Below, piece by piece: positions 52,432-64,000 of a DNA stretch of 64,000 nucleotides; position 1 is the first letter of the stretch, and the number at the start of each line of letters is the position of its first letter. Origin of the DNA: Octopus sinensis (Eukaryota); NCBI RefSeq assembly GCF_006345805.1, contig NC_042998.1, forward strand, positions 12,028,001-12,092,000. Reading direction: 5' to 3'. Made by a program: the position numbers and the translations under genes. The notes beneath the pieces are model-generated. The model was not told the origin of the DNA. It ran no database searches and saw only the letters and a list, made by a program, of their open reading frames with translations.

Positions 52432-52532
52432 TATTTTCTCTCCTTGTTTTTTTTTGTGAATTCTCCCTGTATATATATATATATATATATATATAGGGAG
52501 AATTCACAAAAAAAATACAAGGAGAGAAAATA
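52432..52532. repeat. 37/38-bp inverted repeat around (TA)n (head-to-head family-2 element ends)
   Basis: 52432-52468 vs 52495-52532 with one extra A. The arm contains GGAGAATTCAC, as at the start of 34588. Confidence 0.85.
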
Positions 52533-52570
52533 ATGATCGTTTAGTGGCTAGCGATCTATCATACACACAC

Positions 52571-52609
<39 letters not shown>

Positions 52610-52620
52610 TATATATATAT

Positions 52621-53494
52621 AGAATGTGTATTCTGAAAGTTTGTAGACTTCGCAAGAGAGACCTCAATTAATTTCAAATGAGTACAAAACTCTAATCTTC
52701 AAAGTAGGATTCTCTGACTTCAATGCACTTGTAGTATCCCAACCACTCAGTGAAGGTACCATTGAAGGTATCCAGGACCCTTGACACAGCTCCCTCCATC
52801 TTCAAAAGGACTGCCTTCGAGTTTCTCCTTTAGCTTGGGGAACAACCAAATATCACAGAAAGCAAGGTCTAGATTGTAGGGACGGTGAGGAACAATTTTT
52901 AGGCCCATTTTTTTCAAGCATTTTGTTACCAGGATACTCGTCATTGACTATCTTGGAAGGAAGCATGCATTGTGAAAATTCTGCGCACATTCAGAGTTTC
53001 ATGAATACAGTTGCCACACCATCTCCAAACTGTCTGCTTATTGCCTTTGCAGACACGAAACACGACCCTTTTCATCCAGAAAATGGCGAACTTTCTCTAC
53101 CAGCTCTCATATTCTGCCGTCTCTCTCCCTCCCACTCATTTCATCATCTCTCCCCTCCTCTCTTTTGTACATGAAAATCTTGTGCTGGCGGGAAAGTTAA
53201 ACACTAAGTCGTCTGGGGCATTTCATAAGTGTCTGTAGCATTTTACCCAGTTTAACACAAAACATTATTCTACAGCGAGCTTCGAAACGTCCCGACTGCC
53301 TTCTGCAAATTAGTCGGCTATGACAAGAGTGCTTAGTTGGGTGTGTTCAAAGTGCTCCTCCCGCCGTCTACTTCAAACTGGAATAACAAAAATAGGCTGG
53401 TCTGTTTATTAGATATATAATAAAAATATACGAAAATTATTATTATCTAGGACATTTATTACTCTCTCATCGAAAGTCTTCTGGAATGCACCGG
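52621..53494 (-). mobile_element. Internally deleted mariner relic (~875 bp)
   Basis: Minus strand: IMFCVKL..TDTYEM N-terminus, PHRPYNLDLAFCDIWLFPKLK, and YKCIEVRESYFED*. Degenerate TIRs near 53473-53494 and 52621-52642. Confidence 0.85.
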
Positions 53495-53579
53495 TATCAC
53501 TGTAATGATCAAACTATCAGATGTTGTTATTCACCGCTATGAGCAACACCTTAACAACTAAGCAACCTACCTTCACTGA

Positions 53580-53640
<61 letters not shown>

Positions 53641-55189
53641 AATATAATTACACTCTTGTGTTTTTCTCTGTCACAACATATGAATGAGAAAGGAAGGTTT
53701 GATAGATGAATAAGGAAGGAAGGGGTAATGGCAAACTGGTGGGATGGTGAACATTCAACGCTGAAAAGAAAAATCAAACAGCGTTGTAACTCTATGTGAG
53801 TATATGTGTGCATGTGTGTGCGTGTACAAAGGAAGCATGTGAATGTATGTGAACATTGACAAGTCTATTAATTTGAATTATCATCCATATTTATATATAC
53901 AATATTACAATTAACCGTCATTTTTGACGGCACGGGACCGGCTAGTCATTTTGTTACGACTTCAGTTGTGATCGATCTGAAACAAGGTATTACAACACGT
54001 TTTCGAACGACTGCATATGTTGTACATCATACATATGATATAACATACCTCTGAATAACTTAGACCGATATTGCTCATTGTCACATACAGTTCTTATTGG
54101 CATCGTGTTCAGTACTGTTCTCTCTTGACTGTTCTGGTTCTTTCTGTATGGTTGTCGTTTCGAGTGACAATTACAAAGAAGATGGATAAGTGCAACTCAC
54201 TTTCTTCCTTTGATGTTAATACTAGAGATCTGTAATCCAACATATCGTTAGAGGCGACTGAAGCTGTTCTACATCTTTGTTATATTCTGTCAGGTTTGGC
54301 TAGGTGAGATAGTATTTAATAAAGATAGTCCTTTTACTGTTGTAATTTTAGTATGCAGTGTGGAATCTGTTGCCGCTTATGTATTGGCGTGAAAGCCACT
54401 CGAACTATGGAAATCCAATAATACCAAATGTATTCTAAGATGTTCGGATATTCTACATTATTGTTAAGAACGTGTATGTGTCTCCAAAGATTATTCTTAC
54501 TCCAATACTTATATCTGGGTAAGTGAATCATGGTTAGCAAAGATTGCATGCTTCACATATATAGATACAAATCTTCAATAACCTTTATAGCTTGTTTCTA
54601 AGAAGCTCTTTATAATTCCTTTATCATTCAATCTAATGGTGCACATTTTGTATGTATTAATAGAGTTTTTCCCTGTGATTCTCAAGCATATATCCTTCAG
54701 ATAGATATCAAATATTTATGCGATGGGTTTCACAAATAAAGTACAGAGAAAACTGCGTTTGCTACATTGCTTTGTCAGCTGTTGTCGCCTATTAATCATT
54801 CACAATTAAACTAGTTTGATGTATTAAAGACGGTGGAAACATGTCTAATTAATACACAAGAGTACATATGGAATTGCTGTTTGACTCCCGATCAATATAT
54901 TGTTCACAGAAATGCAAACTCTATGATCAGGATAGATATTCCAGATTCGTTAATTTCAGGTTGAAATTCCAGTTCGGAGTTAGATCCAAATTACATCGTA
55001 CAACCTGAATTAAATCCATAAAACCAGTAAAAGTAAAAAGATCATGCTAGCAACGCAAATACATATTCGTACACAAACATATGCATAATTTTTAAAACTG
55101 TATAAATGAGACTACTGACACAAATTTTCCCCCATGGATGACTTCAATATTTGCAGGCGCATGCTCCATCGGAATGATTTAGAACAATT

Positions 55190-55270
55190 CAATGTAGGAG
55201 TTTTTGCAATTTATTTGATTTATCTAAAGCGGTTCGTGGCTTGGATGTGGATGTTGCAACAGTTGAAGTG
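55190..55270 (+). mobile_element. Possible very old LINE reverse-transcriptase fragment
   Basis: NVGVFAIYL then (frameshift) DLSKA resembles the RT motif VxxIYLDxSKAFD. Confidence 0.3.
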
Positions 55271-55826
55271 CTGGGTCAAGCCAGCATATTTGAAGATGTA
55301 AATCATCGAAACATTTTCAGCCGTATCTTCTACTTTGAATTGCCGCAATTCAAAAACTATGTATGGAAAATTTGTGGCACTTGGGCTTGTGATTGTGATA
55401 TGTAGGTAAAGTACATGAGTCTTAGCGATGGATCGAGTTATCTCCATATCAATTTTGAAGAGTTAAAACAAAAGCTCATGTACTGCAACAGATTATTATA
55501 GCAGACGTTCTCAGTTACTAACCAATCAGCTTATTTAACGTGCTACAGATTCTGCAAATGGGGATGAGATATTTTATCAACGTGAATATGATCATTCATG
55601 CAGAGAACATTTTATTCCAGCAAGCAGATATAGTCACATGTTTATATGCCTGCATAGTATATAGCTATTTCACAAAGCCATTATTTTAAAGCTATGAAAT
55701 TCTATGTGCGTGTTTCTTGAGAGAAATTTTGAAATTGTTCACCGGAGAACGATTTTTTATCATTTTCCTTTGCATGGAATTTTAAAACTGATTCCAAGAT
55801 GGTTTTCAATGATTCATATGTATATG

Positions 55827-55893
<67 letters not shown>

Positions 55894-57656
55894 ATCAAAA
55901 TAAGCAACAAGGATATCCAAAGGTAGTGCAGTACAATCGTTTCATGCTACTTCATTTAATTAAACAATGTAAGTATTACATCAGTTTTAAAATGTAGAGC
56001 AATCTTCAGCCACATCTGGAATTTTTTAATTAAATTGACAATATTCATTTTTATACTTTTTCCATTTCCCAGCATTACAAAGAGGGTAGGTATATAGACA
56101 GAGAGGTGAATCTCATCAATAGAAACATGGTAGTAAATGAACTTTACTGATGGGTAGATTTCTTATCTAAATTTACTTTGTTATTTAGATTTACTATTGG
56201 GGAGGCTGTTTTATTCTATAAGTTCAGTGGAGACAACCAAGAATTTATCTATTTATAGATAGAGGAAGAGGCAGTTTAAGTGGCAGAGACATGAGTCAAA
56301 TTCTTTTTTGAAGAACCTAACTCTGGTACAGCTCAATGTATTTAAGCTAAAGTTAGTAGGCTGAAGCTAATGGGGTAGGGAGAATAGAGACTTCTAATAC
56401 CTTAACTATTTAACAGCCATAATCCTACTTGTGATTTGAAATAAATATCTTTTAGATAGTTTTTTTCAAAGGATTCTAATGAATTTTATTATCTTATATA
56501 GGGATGGAGAGTATAGATATCATTTCATTCATATTTTCATTTTTCATGTATATAAAAATATATACATGTATTTGATGTATATAAAACTATATACATCAAA
56601 TTATTATTAATATAGATTTATAGTTAGTCAGTAAATAGTAATTTATTTGTATTAATGAGTTAAATTAAAGGAATATGCTGGACATATCATTTATTTCCTG
56701 CATGTTAATGATTTTAGAATGTACTTCACTTAAGCTATGAAATAGATATTGAGTTATAACAGCTTGGTTCTATATAGGTTAAGTGCGTATCTAATAGAAA
56801 TGTATTATTCGGCAAGATGATATAGTGGGTAAATGAGTAAGATAAAATGGTTTAAAATTACAGTTAAATATATTTAAGTCAGCAAATTGAAAAATAAAAA
56901 TAAATTTAGACTATAGTAGATCAGGGCTAGACTAGATTTGTATTCTAAAAACCTATTATAGGATATACCTAGTTTATATATAGTATGTGATGCAAGCTAC
57001 TATAAGAAAATATTTAATAATTATAATATAATTTAATATTTACTTGACTAAAATTTATATAATTTATCATGGGAGTTATCGTGTGAGATTGGTAACTGAT
57101 CAAAACTATTGGTTAGAAATTTTATTAATAATCAGACCATTTTAAGATAGAGACTAAATAGCATAGATATTATTATCTATTCAATTATCAGGCTTTCAAT
57201 ATTAATTAAGGGGAATTTAGAAGAGCTTTTTATGGGAATATTCCTAGTAAAAAAATAGAAAAACTTATCAATTAGCACATATATCAAGAGCCTGTAAAAT
57301 AGTTTAAAGTGTAATACAAGGGAGGTAACCAAGATGAACTTAATAATTTCACTAGATATATGGAATTTATGCAATAGTTATAGAAAATTTTAAAATATTT
57401 TATTTCACTTTATTCAATTTATTTATATTATTTTAATTTCTTAATAATCCATACAAGTTAAATAAAAACTAGTAGGGTATATTATTTCCTTATTTAGTTG
57501 CAAAACATTAAGATTTGAAATTTAGGAATAGCCAGAATGCTATTATTTAAAATATTTAAAAGTACGGGTGGCACAGTGTATGCAGGATAATCCTAGATCA
57601 AAACGGTTATTCAATAAGTTTGTATTATTCTTATGTTTCATCTGAATCTAAATCTT

Positions 57657-57700
<44 letters not shown>

Positions 57701-57703
<3 letters not shown>

Positions 57704-58508
57704 ATCAGAATCACACCACCCCATCACATCTGCTGCGATTCCATGTTTTCCATAGGCCCTGCCCTCCGTGATCTTCTTTTCTGATCTCTCAAGCTTCTCT
57801 TTGTCTCAATATCCAGTTCCTAAATCAGCTGCCGATATCCCCAGTGCTCAGAGTTGTGGGAAGCGGCTCTCCTTGTAGGATCATAAAAGGTTCCATCCAT
57901 TTACTCTTCGTATCCTCTGGCCTGCACCTTGGATCTGACTCGGACTTTCTCTCATCCGCCCTGTGATCTCATTGATGATCATCCAGCTCTCTCGCTCTCT
58001 TCACACTTCTGATTTTCTCCATCAGTGCCTCTTCTCTGGCCTCAGGTAAGCATTACAGAGTTCTTCCTTCACTACCTCAGCATTCGTCTTCCTCTCCCCC
58101 GAATGTGTTGTTGTGCAGATCTGAGACTTGGACACTGACCAAGAAACTCCCCTAGATTTTAGATGTGTGCTACACAAGAATACGGGGGTTAGCTCTGAAC
58201 ATTCATCAGTATACGCTGAGGAGGAAGAACTGAGAGCTGTACGAGAGCCTTCCAATAGTTAGCACGAAAATAACACAGAGGAGACTCAGGTTAGCTGGAC
58301 ATGCTCACCGTCATCCTGAGTTGATGCGGCACTCAGTGCTCCCCTGAGAGACCTACACAGACACACTAGCAGAGGGAGACCGAGGATGACATATGTTGAT
58401 GCCCTAAGAACAGACACTGGTCTGTAGGAGACATAGGACATGGCAGCGTTGATGAGGGACAAAGGCCGTTCGAGAGAACTCGTCCATGGATCTCGGAAAT
58501 TTTACCCG

Positions 58509-58551
<43 letters not shown>

Positions 58552-59360
58552 ATCAGAATCACACCACCCCATCACATCTGCTGCGATTCCATGTTTTCCA
58601 TAGGCCCTGCCCTCCGTGATCTTCTTTTCTGATCTCTCAAGCTTCTCTTTGTCTCAATATCCAGTTCCTAAATCAGCTGCCGATATCCCCAGTGCTCAGA
58701 GTTGTGGGAAGCGGCTCTCCTTGTAGGATCATAAAAGGTTCCATCCATTTACTCTTCGTATCCTCTGGCCCTGCACCTTGGATCTGACTCGGACTTTCTC
58801 TCATCCGCCCTGTGATCTCATTGATGATCATCCAGCTCTCTCGCTCTCTTCACACTTCTGATTTTCTCCATCAGTGCCTCTTCTCTGGCCTCAGGTAAGC
58901 ATTACAGAGTTCTTCCTTCACTACCTCAGCATTCGTCTTCCTCTCCCCCGAATGTGTTGTTGTGCAGATCTGAGACTTGGACACTGACCAAGAAACTCCC
59001 CTAGATTTTAGATGTGTGCTACACAAGAATACGGGGGTTAGCTCTGAACATTCATCAGTATACGCTGAGGAGGAAGAACTGAGAGCTGTACGAGAGCCTT
59101 CCAATAGTTAGCACGAAAATAACACAGAGGAGACTCAGGTTAGCTGGACATGCTCACCGTCATCCTGAGTTGATGCGGCACTCAGTGCTCCCCTGAGAGA
59201 CCTACACAGACACACTAGCAGAGGGAGACCGAGGATGACATATGTTGATGCCCTAAGAACAGACACTGGTCTGTAGGAGACATAGGACATGGCAGCGTTG
59301 ATGAGGGACAAAGGCCGTTCGAGAGAACTCGTCCATGGATCTCGGAAATTTTACCCGCCC
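57701..59360 (-). mobile_element. Tandemly duplicated LINE ORF2 fragment (2 x ~811 bp), RTE-X-like
   Basis: Copies 57701-58511 and 58549-59360, one 1-bp indel seen. Minus strand SWMIINEITGR..QIQG and KKITEGRAYGKHGIAADVM (start of the RT domain). Each copy is bounded by (TA)n. Confidence 0.8.
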
Positions 59361-59405
59361 TATATATATATATATATACACACATATTTGGTTTCAGATC
59401 TAACA

Positions 59406-61283
59406 ATACCTTCTTCAAGTAGACATAAATGTATAGATCATCCCAATGCATTTTTCACGTATGTGGCTGCTACATATTTTTTCGTCAAAGGCAGAATGCA
59501 ACAAAGTTTGTGAGACGTATCTATAAGGTTATATTTACGTTCAACCTGATGAGGAATAGTAGAAGTGATCTCCTTATATAGTGTGTCATAATTGCGAGGT
59601 GAGTCTTATTTTGGAGTCCCTATTGTTCGGCAAAGACCAAAGGATCACATAACTGACTGCTATTTTGACTTGGGTAACATTAAATTTATTGACACGGAAA
59701 ACCGGCATAAAACATCCTATAGAAGTATTCCCTCTCTAAGTCGACCTACTCCCCCTTGTGGGGAACTCCCAGTTCCAGTTTTTAATGGTTATACCTCCAA
59801 TGAAGGTGAAAGCTGCAAATCTGATCAGAAGTTCGAAGAAATGGTTTCAGATTCCGAATACTTCTTATCGAATGTCAAACAGTCATCAGCCACTCGTCCC
59901 TTTCGTGTTCGGAACTGAATATCATATGGCACTTTCTAGGAATGCAGCGCAGATATTAGCCTCCAGGATAAATGAAAATGTTTTAAAAGTTCTGCAAAAG
60001 TCATATATTTCAAAATACAGGAGCAAATTTTATGAACTTCTTTTTCAAAATGCAAGGAATTTATTTATTGCCACGATATCCCAGGCCTTCTCACACAGTT
60101 AGACGTTACGCAGTACACCCTACAAAATGGAGTTTGTTTTTGAGAGTTCTAAGTGCAGCCTCAAGTGTGTCATCTTGCATAATGGCAAAGCATTTGACGC
60201 TGTTCCAGTTGGACACTTGGTGCATCTGCGAGAAATCCATGACGACATACAAATAGTCCTTTGACGAATTCAAATACAACTAGATCATTTATTTGAAACT
60301 GATCAAATGCCTTCTCGGGCGGAACAAAAGTTTCACTAAGTTTCTATGATATCACTGCAAGTGGGACAATCACACTTGAGACAAACACTGGACTGAGAAT
60401 GAATGACCCATCCGGGTAACTATGAAAGTTGACAAGCCAAACATTGTGAATGACCCAATCGTCAGTTGAGAGAAGTTCATTCCCCACACCATTTATTCAA
60501 TCTTTATCTTGCCTTGTCGAAGCACTGAGTACTGACAGCGAATATTTTTGTCTTTGTCTTTCGAGAAAAAAAAAGGTCGTATTTGATGGACCTCAAATTT
60601 GTATCCTTGTATATTATGGAGAATTTGTCGGAAAGATGAATAAGGTAAAGACAGCGTGACTGGCATTCGTGGCGGTTATAAAAACACTTTCTTGCTATGG
60701 CTACTAAAATCCTTCTATATCTTGGATGCAACGTGTGTGTCATGCGTCATCTCCTAAATAGTCACCTTTCACTATGTCTCCAAGAACCTTGGAGTAGTAA
60801 GTAATGAACAGGGAGATCGGTTCCATCAAGACATCATGACGAATGAAGAGCGTTATCAGGGCATTGGAGTAGACATATGATGAGGACTAAGCTGGAGTAG
60901 CGAATGAAATAATCCTGACAAAGTCTATGAACGCAACAGCTACAAGCGGAAATTCCTGTCAGAATACGAATAATTTGATCTTTCATACTTCATTAGTTGT
61001 TTCATAATTTCGTTTCAATCTTTAGTATGTAGTGTAATAGATTTAAATGCTGTTGTGAATAAATATCTCTTTACTTAAATGATTGTTTCGCGAACAAATT
61101 TAAGGTAATATGATCATAAGCTGCTTAGAGAATGGATTTATACAAAAAGTATCAAAATTTCACAAAGTATAAAATACTTGAATTGCAAAAAGTCTGTAGT
61201 TTATAGAGAAAATATGATTTCAGTATTCAGCACACTCAAATTAAGTAAAAACCAGTGCCAAAGTCAAAAACGTGTTCCCCGCA
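59406..61283 (+). mobile_element. Decayed DNA transposon, Chapaev3-like (CMC) by recalled motif similarity
   Basis: Broken frames: PSSSRHKCIDHPNAF..YVCG, IVCHNCE, FGVPIVRQRPKDHITDCYF, LKCVILHNGKAFDAVPVGH, NLGVVSNEQGDRFHQDI..EERYQG, RNSYKRKF (stop 60971-60973). Transposon status is clear; the superfamily name is less certain. Confidence 0.7.
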
Positions 61284-63142
61284 ATAATCGAGGGTGATAT
61301 AGAATTACTAAAAATTGAATTGTCTTTTATCTGAATTATATTTTATGAAGATCAAAAGTTGTAATGAATACCAAATGCCACAGATTTATTTCGTGTCAAA
61401 GTTCCCAAAAGACTTGGTGTGTAAAACGTGATCTGTTCCTGAAAATTATATATGGTCGACATAATAGAATATGAGTACTCTGTTTTTACCGAACGTTTTA
61501 TTTGATGGCATAAGATTTCAACGAACGTGAGATGCATAAGCACAATGGTATTATGTTAAACACAGTAAGCAATTATATTTACACATAGAAACTTGAGAGA
61601 CACCGAAGAATGTATAGATTGTGTAATCTGAATATCAAAAACCACGTTGATTATGAACAGTAATATAATGGATTGATGTGACAGTAGTTAAATTTCAAAT
61701 TCATTCAAACACATTTATGAGCATTTAAATGTTGGAATATTTTATCTGATACTGTGGGCGTAGATGTCATTTGCGAAAAGCCTTTCATCATTGGTATTTC
61801 AGACCTAAGTTGGGTTAATTCACAGCAAATAAATCTAACTTAACATTACTCAAATTCTGGTGAGTCATTCATTTGTCCGGGGTCGATTAAATAAAATACC
61901 TGTCAAGGACTAAAATCAATATAATCACCCCCTCACACACAAATGTAAGGCATTGGGCACATATTGCAAAAACTTATTATTTTAATGGGTTATTGAAGAA
62001 ATTTCTCCTACTGAGACAGAATCATTTTGAAACCAGCTGTTGTGATGATTATAACTTTTCGCCATTAATCATTGAAATCCTCCATTACTTCTTCCAAATT
62101 ACTTGCAGCAGGTGTATACATGTATTTCACATTATTTTAAGTGCTTACAACGTTTGTCTTATAATACTATTTATTATATTTGATAAAAGAGGAGAAAAAA
62201 CATCTCAAATCTCATCGTTCGAATTAAATATAAAGTGATAACGTCAAGACTTTTCTTGCGCAGAATACATTCTGATTTTTAATAAGCCAATGAAAAGAAA
62301 TATATGGACGGGCAACAGAATTTGAAAGTGTGTCTTACTCTATTTCGAATTTCAGTTAGTGAAGCGAGTGATGTATTATTTTTAATGACTATAACAGAAA
62401 AAATCAACCAGAATATGAACATATGTTATCCAACCATAAGCTGTTTAAGCTTATATAATAAAGTTAGCTTTAAAACTTTTAATGGAAGGACCAATAAAAA
62501 CTAACCAGAAATAATTATATGGTAAAGATAAATTCACAATCATCTAGGACTAATGTTTCCTTTACTTTTTTCAACTACGAAATGGAAACTTCGGAGTACT
62601 TTGCTCTCCTTCTTTGCAATTTGGGAAAGATTGTTGAAGAAACAAAGTTACATAGAAATTGAATTGTTTGCACATAAAATAATTGAAAACAGTACATCAC
62701 ACAAAATATTTTTCTATGACAAATGTAGAAATACTGTCCAGAACGATGGGAAAGAAATCTTGCCAGTTTTCGTCACGACTATTGGTACACATCCATATGT
62801 AAGCATAAACGTAATATTCACACCGTATTTATGTAAATACACCGACACTACACTGGACAAATATATTTATTTTTACAGTAATTTAAGCAATATATGTTCG
62901 CACGAACAATGCATTTGTACGCATCACTTGAGAAAAAGCGAATGTAATAGCAATTCTTATTGCAAATATACAATTGCTTCTAGAAGCCTGCACTCTTATA
63001 AACGCATACACATTCAGACATATGCACGTACTTCCACACACAGAGACATACACATAGACGCACACATGTAAATGCACACATATATGTACATATATATACA
63101 TACATATAAATATATTTCTATATCTATCTATCTATCTATCTA

Positions 63143-63203
<61 letters not shown>

Positions 63204-63205
<2 letters not shown>

Positions 63206-63266
63206 CAATTGTTCGTTTGTCTTCCACCTGCCTTCGTCTTTTGTCTATTTTCATAAAGCTTCCCGT
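63204..63266. mobile_element. Fragment of the family-2 (TA)n-embedded element, opposite orientation to 34588
   Basis: rc CAAAAGACGAAGGCAGGTGG matches ~34610-34628. Flanked by (TA)n on both sides. Confidence 0.55.
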
Positions 63267-63312
<46 letters not shown>

Positions 63313-64000
63313 GAATGTATATATATACATATATATTTGTATATTCTTAGCTATGTTATAAAGTTCGTGGATGAAAGTATGCAGGGTGAATTTATAACCG
63401 CTTATCAGAGCGATAGAGTGACTATATACATCATCACTATTAATACAACCTACATCAGTAATTATATTATTATTATTATTATTATTGCTATATTATTAAT
63501 GGTAGTAGTAATACTAATAGTAGTAAAAGCAGCAACAGTAATATTTGCAGTAGTTGTGGTGGTGGTGGTGGTGGTAGTATTAATAATAAATTTTCATCGA
63601 TGGACAGAAACTTGAGACAGAGAAGAGACTCTTAAGAATGTGATGTTAACAGCGGATAAGAAGGAAATAAAACATTCTTGTGAATATCAATCTCAAGACA
63701 TTTGAAGACACACACATCATACAGATACATATATATACACACGCACACACAGACTCACGTAGATACTCAAACACAGAAAACACACACACCGTCACACACT
63801 TATACAAACAGAGTCACACACTCATAGAGGCTCAAACGCAGAAACACTTGCACACTCACAAGCACAAACCAAGTTACACTTATGTCCGTATGTACATATC
63901 TAGAAATGCTAGCTCACGTGTACGTGATATTCGAATCGTCTGAATGTAAAGCTTTATGGCTTGGAAAATCTCTCGCGCATTATAGCGAAATATTCGAAAA

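Noticed and set aside
55178-55415. Open frame ending CGTWACDC, similar to an LRR-CT cap
   Set aside because: It overlaps an RT-like YL/DLSKA motif, has no LRR units and no good splice sites. More likely a LINE relic or chance.
56000-57660. AT-rich, G-skewed tract resembling mitochondrial DNA (NUMT)
   Set aside because: No mitochondrial protein frame under the invertebrate mitochondrial code and no rRNA or tRNA signature in the parts I translated. Probably an old repeat; BLASTN would settle it.
62553-63071. 172-aa plus-strand ORF
   Set aside because: No recognisable motif, the tail runs into microsatellite, and the length is within chance expectation. Not supportable without expression data.

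Overview
AT-rich, microsatellite-dense eukaryotic intergenic or intronic DNA. The SINE families and repeat landscape look like an octopus (coleoid cephalopod) genome; this is recalled, not searched. No complete host gene is recognisable. The window is mostly decayed transposons: five Tc1/mariner relics (one full-length DD34E copy with a GT-AG intron), a maT/DD37D-like relic, a hAT MITE with TSD, a hAT transposase relic, a non-autonomous Helitron, a Chapaev3-like element, a tandemly duplicated LINE fragment, and about ten tRNA-type SINEs, three with TSDs. Structures the annotation does not explain: (i) three minimal type I hammerhead motifs in two families of ~150-200 bp microsatellite-embedded elements, one with intact stems and an unusual CUGUAGA core; (ii) six inverted repeats within 48.2-52.6 kb, including a 457-bp palindrome and a perfect 125-bp one; (iii) two isolated 87-nt pri-miRNA-like hairpins; (iv) a 1.6-kb ORF-less TIR element with terminal mini-hairpins; (v) a candidate orphan 155-codon terminal exon. 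Near-identical duplications and perfect palindromes beside (TA)n could be assembly artefacts. All alignments and translations were done by eye.
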